DNA of 64,000 bases, taken from an uncultured Acidobacteriota bacterium (GTDB lineage Bacteria; Acidobacteriota; Thermoanaerobaculia; Multivoradales; SZUA-115). Location: positions 64,001 to 128,000 of the forward strand of contig CAWDVR010000003.1 of the NCBI GenBank assembly GCA_963805975.1, read 5' to 3'. Below are positions 8,628-20,673 of this stretch, one piece after another. Every line of letters begins with the position of its first letter. Within the stretch, counting starts at the first letter, position 1. Made by a program: the position numbers and the translations under genes. The notes below the pieces were generated by a model. It saw nothing but the letters and a program-made list of their open reading frames with translations, was not told where the DNA came from and did no database searches.

Positions 8628-8643
8628 TGGCACGTGGCTTGCG
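8628..8643 (+). promoter_or_regulatory. Sigma54 -24/-12 promoter
   Basis: TGGCACGTGGCTTGCG, near-consensus TGGCAC-N5-TTGC. Confidence 0.8.
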
Positions 8644-8678
8644 GGTCTATGATGCCGGTGCTCCTACCCGGCCAACCC

Positions 8679-9053
8679 ATGCCACGGCTTCTCGTCGTCG
8701 ATGACGAGATCCCGATCCTCTTCGCTCTGCGCGACTTTTTTTCCGCCCGCGGGTATGCCGTGGACTCGGCCGGCGAGCGCTCCACGGCTGAAGAGCTGCT
8801 CGTGGCGCGGCCTTACGAGCTGATGATCGTCGACCTCCGGCTGTCGGCCGCCGAGGCCACCGAGGGCCTCGACCTGGTGGCTTTCGCCCGCCATCGGCGG
8901 CCGGCCATGCGCATCCTGGTGCTGACCGCCTACGGCTCGCCCGAGGCCGAGGCGCGGGCCCTGGGGCTCGGGGCCGACGCCATGCTCGGCAAGCCCATGC
9001 CCCTGCCGGAGCTGGCGGATCTGGCCGACCGCCTGGTGAGCGAAGCGGCCTGA
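8679..9053 (+). CDS. Single-domain response regulator
   Basis: LLVVDDE, IVDLRL, LTAYG, KP; start chosen downstream of the sigma54 promoter. Confidence 0.85.
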   Translation: MPRLLVVDDEIPILFALRDFFSARGYAVDSAGERSTAEELLVARPYELMIVDLRLSAAEATEGLDLVAFARHRRPAMRILVLTAYGSPEAEARALGLGADAMLGKPMPLPELADLADRLVSEAA

Positions 9054-9106
9054 GCGCGAACAAACTCCCCGCGGCCTCCGTCTCCTCTCGGGAGGAGACA
9101 ATACTC

Positions 9107-10414
9107 ATGCGGCCCCTGTCCTTCTACCGGATTCTCAGCGTCCTCGCCGTCCTGGCGCTCTTCGTCCTCCTGGCGGCGCCCACCGGCCCTCTCCAGCGCA
9201 AGACCAAACATGTCGAGAGGACGGCAGCCGGCGGCCGGCCGGTGATCCTCCGCGCCGAGTCCGCCGAGGTGACCGTGCGGCCCGGGACCGGAACCGAGGT
9301 CAAGGTGACGGCCGACCTCTCCATCGCCTCGCGCGACGAGAAGTGGGTGGCGGCGATGGAGCAGGGCTTCGACGTGGCTCTCCGCGAGACGGCGGCCGGC
9401 CTGGAGATCGAGCCCACCCGCCCGGACGAGGTGGGCGCGCGAGATCTCGGTCTCTTCCGGATCCAGATCCACGAGTCCTACGGCCTGAAGCTCCTGCTCG
9501 AGGTGCCGAAAGGCACCCGCCTCGAGATCGACAACCGCTATGGAGACGTCGCGGTGGCGGGCGTCGAAGGGGCGCTCGAGGTGGCCCTCACCTCCGGCGA
9601 CCTCACCGCCTCGAACGTGCGCGGTGGCACCGAGATCGACAATCGCTACGGAGACGTGGACCTTTCCGACCTCGAAGGCGACCTGGTGCTCGAGGCGGGC
9701 AGCGGCAACGTCACCGTCGCGGGGCTCTCCGGCGGGGCGAGGCTGCGCAACCAGTACGGCTCCGTATCGCTCTCCCGCGTCACGGGCCCCATCGAAGCCT
9801 CGGTCGAGAGCGGCAAGGTCGAGATCCGCGGCGCGGGCGCCGCCGTCTCCGTCAAGGACACCTACGGCGGCGTGACCATCGAGGACGCGAAGGGCGACGT
9901 CACGGTCACCACGCAGTCGAGCCCGATCCTTCTCGCGCGGATCGGAGGCAAGGCGAAGATCCACGGCGAGTACGGCTCGGTCGAGATCTCCGAGGTGGCC
10001 GGGCCGGTCGAGGTGGCGAGCGGCAGCGGCACGGTCAAGGTCGCGGGCGCCGCGGGCGAGGTCTCGATCCGCAACCAGTACGCCGGTGTCTCGGTGGAGG
10101 GGGTGGGAGGAGCGGTGACGATCTCCAACGAGAGCGGGGAGGTGGTGGTGACCGGGCTCGCGGGCCACGCTCTCGCCGCGCGCCACCAGATCGAGACCCG
10201 CTACGGCTCGATCGCCTTCGAGTGGCCGGCCGCCGCACCGGCGCCGGCCTTCAAGCTCGAGTCGACCTACGGAGAGCTCGAGAGCGACTTCCCCGGCACG
10301 CGCACCGAGCACGGCGAAACCGACGTCCTCGAGTCCGCTGCCTTGGAGGCGGGCTCGGCCGCGATGCTCGATCTGTCGGCCGTTAGCGGTGGTATACGGC
10401 TGAGGAAAGAGTAG
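9107..10414 (+). CDS. DUF4097 beta-strand-repeat exported protein
   Basis: N-terminal hydrophobic signal; repeated IDNRYGDV/NQYGSV/SGSGxV units; C-terminal LSAVSGGIRLRK. Confidence 0.85.
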   Translation: MRPLSFYRILSVLAVLALFVLLAAPTGPLQRKTKHVERTAAGGRPVILRAESAEVTVRPGTGTEVKVTADLSIASRDEKWVAAMEQGFDVALRETAAGLEIEPTRPDEVGARDLGLFRIQIHESYGLKLLLEVPKGTRLEIDNRYGDVAVAGVEGALEVALTSGDLTASNVRGGTEIDNRYGDVDLSDLEGDLVLEAGSGNVTVAGLSGGARLRNQYGSVSLSRVTGPIEASVESGKVEIRGAGAAVSVKDTYGGVTIEDAKGDVTVTTQSSPILLARIGGKAKIHGEYGSVEISEVAGPVEVASGSGTVKVAGAAGEVSIRNQYAGVSVEGVGGAVTISNESGEVVVTGLAGHALAARHQIETRYGSIAFEWPAAAPAPAFKLESTYGELESDFPGTRTEHGETDVLESAALEAGSAAMLDLSAVSGGIRLRKE

Positions 10415-10418
10415 GAGG

Positions 10419-10805
10419 ATGGAGACCAGGGACCCGGGCGCCGCCGCTCTTCTCCCCACCGTCTCCCGCATCTGCCTCGCCCTGCCCGAGGCCGTGTGCG
10501 AGCGCACGGGCAGCCATGCCACCTACCGGGTCCGCAAGAAGGTCTTCGTCTACTTCCTCGACAACCATCACGGCGACGGCATCGTGGCCGTCGCCTGCAA
10601 GACGGCGATGGGCGAGAACGAAGAGATGGCGAGGCGGGAGCCGGAGCGGTTCTATCTTCCGGCCTATATCGGGGTGAGGGGCTGGGTGGCCCTGCGGTTG
10701 GACCGTGGCGAAGTGGACTGGCCGGAGGTCGAAGCGCTCGCCACCGCGAGCTACTGCCAGGCGGCGCCCAAGAAGCTGGCGGCGTTGGTGGCGGCTCGAA
10801 GTTGA
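10419..10805 (+). CDS. MmcQ/YjbR family protein
   Basis: ICLALPEA...YRVRKKVF...FYLPAYIGVRGWVALRLD...ASY. Confidence 0.85.
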   Translation: METRDPGAAALLPTVSRICLALPEAVCERTGSHATYRVRKKVFVYFLDNHHGDGIVAVACKTAMGENEEMARREPERFYLPAYIGVRGWVALRLDRGEVDWPEVEALATASYCQAAPKKLAALVAARS

Positions 10806-10820
10806 CGGCGTTCGTCCTCC

Positions 10821-11669
10821 CTACCCCTTCAAATTCCGGGCGAGGAACTCGAGCGTCTTCCTCCACGCGTCTTTGGCCGCGTCTTCCTTGTAGCGGGTGC
10901 CGGAGGGGTTGGCGAAGGCATGGTTGGCGCCTTCGTAGACGTGGATCTCGACCTTCTTGCCCAGGTTCTTCATGGCGGCCTCGAACTCGCGCACCGAGGC
11001 CACGGGGATGCCCTGGTCCTCACTGCCGAACAGGCCGAGCACCGGCATGGCGAGCGGCTTGAGCTTCTCGGGATCGGTGACCAGCCGGCCGTAGTAGATG
11101 ACCGCGGCGTCGATCTGGTCCGGCAGCAGGAGCGCGGTGGCGAGCGCCCAGCCGCCGCCGAAGCACCAGCCGATGACACCGATCTTCTTGGCGCCGTTCT
11201 TCTCGAGAAAGGCGTACGCCTGCCGCAGGTTGTCTTGGACCTTCTCACTGCGCTCGCCGGCCGCGGCCGTGAGCTTGCGGGCAGCCTCGGAGTCGGCGGC
11301 CTTCTGGCCTTCGTAGAGATCGACGGCGAGGGCCGTGTAGCCCTCACCCGCGAGCTGGCGGGCCACGGACTCGACGTTCTCGTTCAAGCCCCACCACTCG
11401 TGGATGACGATCACGGCCGGGGCGCCGGCCGCCGCCTCCTTGGGCTTGGCCAGGTAGCCCTCGATGGCCTTACCGTCGATCGTGGCGTAGGCCACGCGGC
11501 TCCCTTCCACCGGGGTGGCGGGCTCGGCCGCCGCGGCGGGGCTCGCCGCCGGGGTGTCCCCGGCGTGCTCGTGGGCCATCTGGGCGGCATAGCCTTGGTC
11601 GGAGCCGGCGGCGGCTGCGGGCAGGGCCAGAAAGACCATCAGACTCGAAAGAAGGATACGGTGGGTCAT
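10821..11669 (-). CDS. Dienelactone hydrolase family protein, exported
   Basis: VIHEWWGLN, GWCFGG nucleophile, YEGANHAF; signal peptide. Confidence 0.9.
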   Translation of the reverse strand: MTHRILLSSLMVFLALPAAAAGSDQGYAAQMAHEHAGDTPAASPAAAAEPATPVEGSRVAYATIDGKAIEGYLAKPKEAAAGAPAVIVIHEWWGLNENVESVARQLAGEGYTALAVDLYEGQKAADSEAARKLTAAAGERSEKVQDNLRQAYAFLEKNGAKKIGVIGWCFGGGWALATALLLPDQIDAAVIYYGRLVTDPEKLKPLAMPVLGLFGSEDQGIPVASVREFEAAMKNLGKKVEIHVYEGANHAFANPSGTRYKEDAAKDAWRKTLEFLARNLKG

Positions 11670-11692
11670 CGGCGGGCTCCCCTGGGATAGCG

Positions 11693-11838
11693 CGGAAGGA
11701 CGCAAGTCGTGCGCCCCTGCCGCGGATCGTGGTCGGATCGGGCGCATCGCGACGCGCCCCCCACGGCAGGATAAACTATCGGTTCACCGCAGAGGCCCGG
11801 CGTCTCGTGGCAGGGGCGCACGGCGTGCGCCCTTCCGG
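11693..11838. repeat. Cluster of three GTAG-family-like REP palindromes
   Basis: ggaaggacgcaagtcgtgcgcccctgcc (11694-11721) is the inverted near-copy of ggcaggggcgcacggcgtgcgcccttcc (11809-11836); a third unit gggcgcatcgcgacgcgccccccac lies between them. Confidence 0.75.
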
Positions 11839-11894
11839 CCCCCGAAAGACCAGCCCGCGGCCCGTGAGGCGACCCAGAGAGAGCGAGCGACAGT

Positions 11895-13694
<1,800 letters not shown>

Positions 13695-13696
13695 CC

Positions 13697-14422
13697 GTGG
13701 AAGCATCTGCCGCGACGCGGGAGCCCTCCTCCGCCGTCGATCTCGCCCTGCTGGCGGAGTTCCCCCTCTTCGCCGAGCTGCCGGCCGCGGACCTGGCGCG
13801 GCTGGTGCAGCTCTTCCGCCGCCGCCAGCTCGCTCCCGGTGCGGTGCTCATCGCCGCGGAGCAGCCCGGCGAGGCGATCTACGTGCTGTACTCGGGAACG
13901 GTCAAGATCGTCGCCGAGATGGCGGACGGCAAGCAGGTGATCCTCGCCTTCCTGGGCGTCGGCGACACGGTGGGGGAGATGTCGCTCCTGGACAGCGCCG
14001 GCCGTTCGGCGACGGTGGTGGCGCTCGAGCCCTGCACCGTGCTCGCCATGGACCGCGCGGCCTTCAACTCCTGCCTCTCGACCATGCCGCGGATGACGTA
14101 CAACCTGGTCCGGCTCCTGTCCTCGCGCCTGCGCCTGGCCAACGCCCAGATCCAGTCGCTCTCGACCCTCGACGTCGCCGGCCGGCTGGCGCGCCAGCTC
14201 CTCGCCTTCGCCGAGCGTCACGGGCGGCCGGTGGCCGGCGAGCCGGGCGTGTCGATCGGCCTGCGCCTCACCCAGACCGACCTGGCCGAGCTGGTCGGCG
14301 CATCGCGCGAGCGCGTCAACCAGGTGATGGGCGACTTGAAGACGCGCGGTCTCCTCTCCACCGATTCGGCCCACCGCGTCCACGTCCACGACCTCGCCGG
14401 CCTGCGGGCGCTGGTGGGATAG
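13697..14422 (+). CDS. Crp/Fnr family regulator (cAMP-binding type)
   Basis: GEMSLLD...RSATV cNMP pocket; LTQTDLAELVGASRERVN HTH; GTG 2 nt after the lepA stop. Confidence 0.9.
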   Translation: MEASAATREPSSAVDLALLAEFPLFAELPAADLARLVQLFRRRQLAPGAVLIAAEQPGEAIYVLYSGTVKIVAEMADGKQVILAFLGVGDTVGEMSLLDSAGRSATVVALEPCTVLAMDRAAFNSCLSTMPRMTYNLVRLLSSRLRLANAQIQSLSTLDVAGRLARQLLAFAERHGRPVAGEPGVSIGLRLTQTDLAELVGASRERVNQVMGDLKTRGLLSTDSAHRVHVHDLAGLRALVG

Positions 14423-14432
14423 GGAGGAAGCC

Positions 14433-15104
14433 ATGAGTGCCACCGAGCCGACCCGCCGCCGCGTCCACCGCTACGAAGGCGAGAGCGTGACCGTGCTCTA
14501 CGAGCTCAAGCGCTGCATTCACGCCGGTGCCTGCGCCGGCGGCCTTCCCGAGGTGTTCCGGCCGCGCGAGACGCCGTGGATCCGGCCGGACGCGGCGGGC
14601 GAGGGAGCGCTCCTCGCCACCGTCCTGGCCTGCCCGACCGGCGCGCTCAGGGCCGAGCGCCGAGATGGTACTCCGATCGAGCTGGCGCCGGCCGAGAACG
14701 TGGTCGAGCTCTGCCCGGACGGCCCTTTCTACGCCCGCGGCAACCTCGAGATCCTGGACGCGGACGGCGCGCTGATCACGGCCGAGACCCGGGTCGCCCT
14801 CTGCCGCTGCGGCGCCTCGGCCACCAAGCCTTTCTGCGACGGTGCGCACGCCAAGGTCGAGTTCACCGAGCCCGGCGTGCCGCAGGCGGTGACGCTGCGC
14901 GACGACCCGGCCCTGGCCGAGACGCGGGTGCTGCGCATCACCGTGCGGCCGAACGGCCCGCTGCTCCTCGAAGGCCCGGTCAAGATCCTCGCCGCGGACG
15001 GCTCGGTCTGCGCCCAAGGGACCCGCGGCGCCCTCTGCCGCTGCGGCCTCTCGGGCAAGAAGCCGCTCTGCGACGGCAGCCACAAGGAGCGGTTCGTGGC
15101 GTAG
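14433..15104 (+). CDS. Fe-S protein: divergent 4Fe-4S (Fer4_19-like) domain plus two CDGSH domains
   Basis: RCIHAGAC...CPTGAL; ALCRCGASATKPFCDGAH; ALCRCGLSGKKPLCDGSH. Confidence 0.92.
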   Translation: MSATEPTRRRVHRYEGESVTVLYELKRCIHAGACAGGLPEVFRPRETPWIRPDAAGEGALLATVLACPTGALRAERRDGTPIELAPAENVVELCPDGPFYARGNLEILDADGALITAETRVALCRCGASATKPFCDGAHAKVEFTEPGVPQAVTLRDDPALAETRVLRITVRPNGPLLLEGPVKILAADGSVCAQGTRGALCRCGLSGKKPLCDGSHKERFVA

Positions 15105-15113
15105 GGAGAAACC

Positions 15114-16772
<1,659 letters not shown>

Positions 16773-16849
16773 GGTATCTCCGTGGAAAGTTGCTGCCGGC
16801 GCGGCACCGGGCCGCGGCTGGGGAGGGGGATTCTCCCACGACCTCGGCT

Positions 16850-17268
16850 TCAGGAGGCAGTCTTGAAGTTGAAGCGACCCTGAGACTCCTGCTTGAGCTG
16901 TTTGAGGCTGAGCATCATGTCGTTGGCCAGTTGCCCCTTCCAGATGAAGAGGACGCCCTTGTCGGTCTTGCCGGTCTGAGGATCGAGGACCAGGGTGTCG
17001 CCGAAGCGGTTCTCGCCGATCGATTCGCAGAGCTGGGCTCGACCTGGAGCAGCTTCGATCGAGCGGCCTGGCCGGGGCCGGTTGGTGCCAGGTTTCTTCC
17101 TGAAGGCGTGGCAGGCTGCACCGCCGGGCTCCGAGGCAGCCCGCGCGTGGCGGTGATCGCGGCGGCGACATGAGAAACGGGCGAGCGCTTGTCTGGACTG
17201 CCCCGCGCCAATGTTGCCTGGATCACCCGCGCCACGTGCGGCGCCGTCTTCTTCGGACCTCCCTGCAT
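16850..17268 (-). pseudogene. Frameshifted orphan gene (or sequencing indel)
   Basis: AGGAG+ATG at 17268 begins [18 protein letters not shown]...; coding-like GC3 then shifts to another frame reading [33 protein letters not shown]...FKTAS*. Confidence 0.5.
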
Positions 17269-17339
17269 CGGAATCGTCTCCTGCCCCTTCGTTCCAACGC
17301 CAGATTTCACCACGAAACTGATGTGCTACCATCTGATGC

Positions 17340-17582
17340 GTGCGCACCACCCTGGACATCGCGGACGATGTACTGATGGCGGTCAAGGAACGGGCACGCC
17401 GTGAGCGGCGAAGCGCGGGCGAGATTCTCTCGGACATCGCCCGCGAGGGGCTGACGCACAGGACTCGGGCTGCCACGGTCTCCCAAACCTCCGGCTTCTT
17501 CGGGTTCGAGCCGCTGCCACCGCGCGGTGCGGCGGTCTCCAACGCCTGGATCGACAAGCTCCGCGAAGAAGACGCCGAGTGA
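17340..17582 (+). CDS. vapB: VapB-type RHH antitoxin
   Basis: MRTTLDIADDVL N-terminus; overlaps the PIN gene. Confidence 0.88.
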   Translation: MRTTLDIADDVLMAVKERARRERRSAGEILSDIAREGLTHRTRAATVSQTSGFFGFEPLPPRGAAVSNAWIDKLREEDAE

Positions 17583-18010
17583 TGCGCGCCCTCCTCGACG
17601 TCAATGTCCTCCTGGCGCTGCTCGATGCCGACCATGTGGACCACGCGAGAGCGCGGGAGTGGATCTCCCGCGAGATCCGATACGGCTGGGCGTCCTGCGC
17701 TCTGACGCAGAACGGCTTCGTCCGGGTCATCAGTCAAGCCCGCTATCCGAGCCCGGTCTCTCCTTTCGAGGCGGTGGAACGGCTGCGCCGGGCGACCGGC
17801 ACCGAGCACCACGAGTTCTGGTCCTGCTCCGTCAGCCTGCTCGAGAGCAAGCGCGTGAACGCCAGCCACGTCCACGGGCCCCGCCAGGTCACAGATGTCT
17901 ATCTGCTGGCTCTTGCCGTCGAAAAGGGCGGCAGGTTTGTGACCTTCGATGCTTCTATCCCTCGGTCGGCCGCTCCCGGCGCCGCCCCGCAGCAGCTCGT
18001 CGTGCTGTAG
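17582..18010 (+). CDS. vapC: VapC PIN-domain toxin
   Basis: ALLDVNVLLAL...H..H, QVTDVYLLALA, FVTFD; TGATG coupling. Confidence 0.92.
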   Translation: MRALLDVNVLLALLDADHVDHARAREWISREIRYGWASCALTQNGFVRVISQARYPSPVSPFEAVERLRRATGTEHHEFWSCSVSLLESKRVNASHVHGPRQVTDVYLLALAVEKGGRFVTFDASIPRSAAPGAAPQQLVVL

Positions 18011-18017
18011 GCCGGCA

Positions 18018-18515
18018 TCACAGCACCCACTCGAAGTACACCAGCGGTACGCTGCGGTAGGTCACGCGGCCGACTTCCCGGAACCCGCACTGGGCGTAGA
18101 AGCCGCCGGCCCCCGCCGCGTGGTCGTAGGCGTCGAGCCGGATGGCGTCGCCGGGCCAGGCTCTCGCGACTGCGAGCGCCTCGTCCAGCAGGCGCCGGCC
18201 GATGCCCTGCCGCTGGAGCGCAGGCTCCACGGCCATGTCGAGGAGGTAGAGCGGCTTTCGCACGGCGGTGAAATAGGCCGGGTCGATGGCCCAAGGCTTC
18301 TTGGTGACCAGGCGCAGCTTGCCGACGATGCGCGAGCCGTCGCGGGCCACGAGCACGCGCGAGGCCTCGAGCGAGCGCACCACTCGTTCCTCCGCGGGCG
18401 AAGAGGACCAGTGCCCTCGGCCGTGCTCACGGGTCAGGCGCTCGGAGGCGGCAGTCTGCAGCGCTACTAGAGCCGCGGCATCGGCGGCCTTGGCCTGCCC
18501 GAAGGTCAGCTCCAT
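18018..18515 (-). CDS. GNAT acetyltransferase
   Basis: MAVEPALQRQGIGRRLL motif A; FYAQCGF. Confidence 0.9.
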   Translation of the reverse strand: MELTFGQAKAADAAALVALQTAASERLTREHGRGHWSSSPAEERVVRSLEASRVLVARDGSRIVGKLRLVTKKPWAIDPAYFTAVRKPLYLLDMAVEPALQRQGIGRRLLDEALAVARAWPGDAIRLDAYDHAAGAGGFYAQCGFREVGRVTYRSVPLVYFEWVL

Positions 18516-18579
18516 GGATGCATGGTAGCAATCCGGCGGCGGGCCGGGCGCTCACGCCACCGTGTTATAACCGCCGGCC

Positions 18580-20592
18580 GTGCGCACCAAGCCCCGCCTT
18601 GCCGCCGCGGCCCGCCGCAACCGGCGCCCACTGCTGCCTGTTCTCCTCGCCGTGGCGGCGTTCGCGGCGATCCTCTGGTTCGCCTGGGGGCGGCTCCGGC
18701 GGCCGGCCGAGTTGCCGGCGCCGAAGCCCGTGGCCACCATCGCCGGCGCTGCGGTCGTGGGCCGGCCGGTGATCTTCCTGGGTCTCGACGGCGCGGACTG
18801 GGAGCTGCTCGACGCCTACGCCTCGTCGGGAGCCATGCCGGCGCTCGCGGGGCTCCTGGCCGAGGGCCGCGCGGGCGTCCTCACCTCGTTCGAGCCGCCG
18901 CTCTCGCCCCTCCTGTGGACGACGATGATGACCGGCGTCTCGCCCATCGAGCACGGCATCCTGGACTTCACCCGCTTCGATCCCGCGAGCGGTGCCCGCG
19001 AGCCCATCGGCAGCGAGGATCGCCGGGTGCCGGCGCTGTGGAACATGGCCACCGCGGCGGGCAAGAGCGTGGCCGTCTTCGGTCTCTGGGCCACCTGGCC
19101 GGCCGAGCCGGTGCGCGGCCTGCTGGTCTCGGACCGCCTGGTCTCGGCCGCGACCACCGCCGCGCCGCCGCCCGGCGCCGTCTATCCGCCCGCGCGGGAG
19201 GCCTGGGCGCGCGAGACTCTGGCCGGGGTCGAGCGCGGTCTCGACCGTGCGGCGCTCACCACCTACCTGCCGTGGCTGGGCGAGGCCGATTTCCAGGCAG
19301 CCTTGGCCGAGCCGGAGCCGCTGGCCCAGCCGGTCTCGGGCCTGCGGCGCATCCTGCTCGAGACGCGGGCGGTGCACCGCATGGCCATGGACTGGCTGGC
19401 GAAGGAAGACACGGACCTCGCGGTGGTCTACTTCCAGGGCACGGACCTGGTGGGCCACCTCTTCGCGCCCTTCGCACCGCCCCGCCAGGCCTCGGTTCGC
19501 GAGGAGGACTTCGTGCGCTTCCAGGCGGTGCCCGAGCTGTACTTCCGCGAGATCGACCGCTACCTGGCCGAGTACCGCGACCTGGCACGCGAGAAAGGCG
19601 CCGTGCTGGTGATCGCCTCCGACCACGGCTTCCAGTGGCGGGAAGGGCGACCCCGGGCGCTTCAGAGCACGGCGGCGGCCACGGCCGGCAAATGGCACCG
19701 GCGCGAAGGCGTGTCGCTGGTCTGGGGGCCTGGGATCGAGCCCGGCCCACGCGAGGAGGCCGGCGTCGAGCGTCTGTGCGCCACCCTCGCCGCGCTGGCC
19801 GGGCTGCCGCCGGGAGCCGGGCTCTACGGGCCGCCGCTTCCCGGGGTCGAGCCCACCGGTGCCGCCGAGGTCGACTACCGGCTCGCCTGGCGGCCGGCGG
19901 AGAGACCGGCGCCGCGCGGCGCGACAGAGCTCGACGAGGCCGCGTTGGCCCGGCTCCAGGCCCTGGGCTACATCGGCGCCGGCGAGACCACGCCGGCGGC
20001 GGCCTCGGCTGCCGCGGACGCGAGCCGCACTCCCGGCTCCTTCAACAACGAGGGCCTGGTGCTCCGCGGCCGCCGGGAGCCGGAGCGGGCAGAGCAGGCC
20101 TTCGAGCGCGCCCTGGCGCTCGATCCGGCCTATGCCTCCGCGATGTGGAACCTCTCCGATCTGCTCTTCTCGGCAGGACGGGACCGCGAGCGCGCCGACT
20201 CTCTGCTGCTCGCCGCGGTGACGGCCGGCCTGCCGCAGGGCGCCGAGCACGTGGTGGGCCGCGCCCGCGGCTGGCGCGCGCTCGGCGCCGGCGAGCGCGG
20301 CACGGCGCTCCTCGACCAGGCGCTCGCGGCGCAGCCCAACGACCCCGTCCTGCGGCTGTGGCGCGGGCGCTACCGGCTCGAATTGCCGGACTGCCCCGGC
20401 GCGCTCGCCGACTTCGTGCAGGTGGCGGCCCTGGCACCGGACGATCCCATGACCCAGGCCTCCCTGGGCCTGGCGCGCGCCTGCCTCGGCGATGCGGCCG
20501 GCGCCAAGGCGGCGCTGGTGCGCTCGCTGCTGCTCGATCCCGACCAGCCCGAGGTGCGGGAGTTCCTGGGGTCGATCGGCGATTCGCCGTAG
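18580..20592 (+). CDS. Alkaline-phosphatase-superfamily (phosphodiesterase/NPP-like) enzyme with C-terminal TPRs, membrane-anchored
   Basis: GLDGADW, SPLLWTTMMTG, DLVGH, SDHGF, RLQALGYI, TPR repeats. Confidence 0.85.
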   Translation: MRTKPRLAAAARRNRRPLLPVLLAVAAFAAILWFAWGRLRRPAELPAPKPVATIAGAAVVGRPVIFLGLDGADWELLDAYASSGAMPALAGLLAEGRAGVLTSFEPPLSPLLWTTMMTGVSPIEHGILDFTRFDPASGAREPIGSEDRRVPALWNMATAAGKSVAVFGLWATWPAEPVRGLLVSDRLVSAATTAAPPPGAVYPPAREAWARETLAGVERGLDRAALTTYLPWLGEADFQAALAEPEPLAQPVSGLRRILLETRAVHRMAMDWLAKEDTDLAVVYFQGTDLVGHLFAPFAPPRQASVREEDFVRFQAVPELYFREIDRYLAEYRDLAREKGAVLVIASDHGFQWREGRPRALQSTAAATAGKWHRREGVSLVWGPGIEPGPREEAGVERLCATLAALAGLPPGAGLYGPPLPGVEPTGAAEVDYRLAWRPAERPAPRGATELDEAALARLQALGYIGAGETTPAAASAAADASRTPGSFNNEGLVLRGRREPERAEQAFERALALDPAYASAMWNLSDLLFSAGRDRERADSLLLAAVTAGLPQGAEHVVGRARGWRALGAGERGTALLDQALAAQPNDPVLRLWRGRYRLELPDCPGALADFVQVAALAPDDPMTQASLGLARACLGDAAGAKAALVRSLLLDPDQPEVREFLGSIGDSP

Positions 20593-20613
20593 GGGCAGGC
20601 CTTGTGCCTGCCC
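20589..20613 (+). repeat. GTAG-type REP palindrome
   Basis: GTAG-GGGCAGGC-CTTGT-GCCTGCCC; its TAG is the stop codon of the upstream gene. Confidence 0.8.
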
Positions 20614-20673
20614 TGCCTTCCAGTCGCCGTAGTACACTGCCGGCAGTTACAGCGCTGTCCCTTGGAGGAGCCT

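Noticed and set aside
9500-10280. Regularly spaced repeats in the DUF4097 gene (and the FG-GAP gene) as a CRISPR-like array
   Set aside because: They are degenerate in-frame protein repeats, with no identical repeats, unique spacers or cas genes
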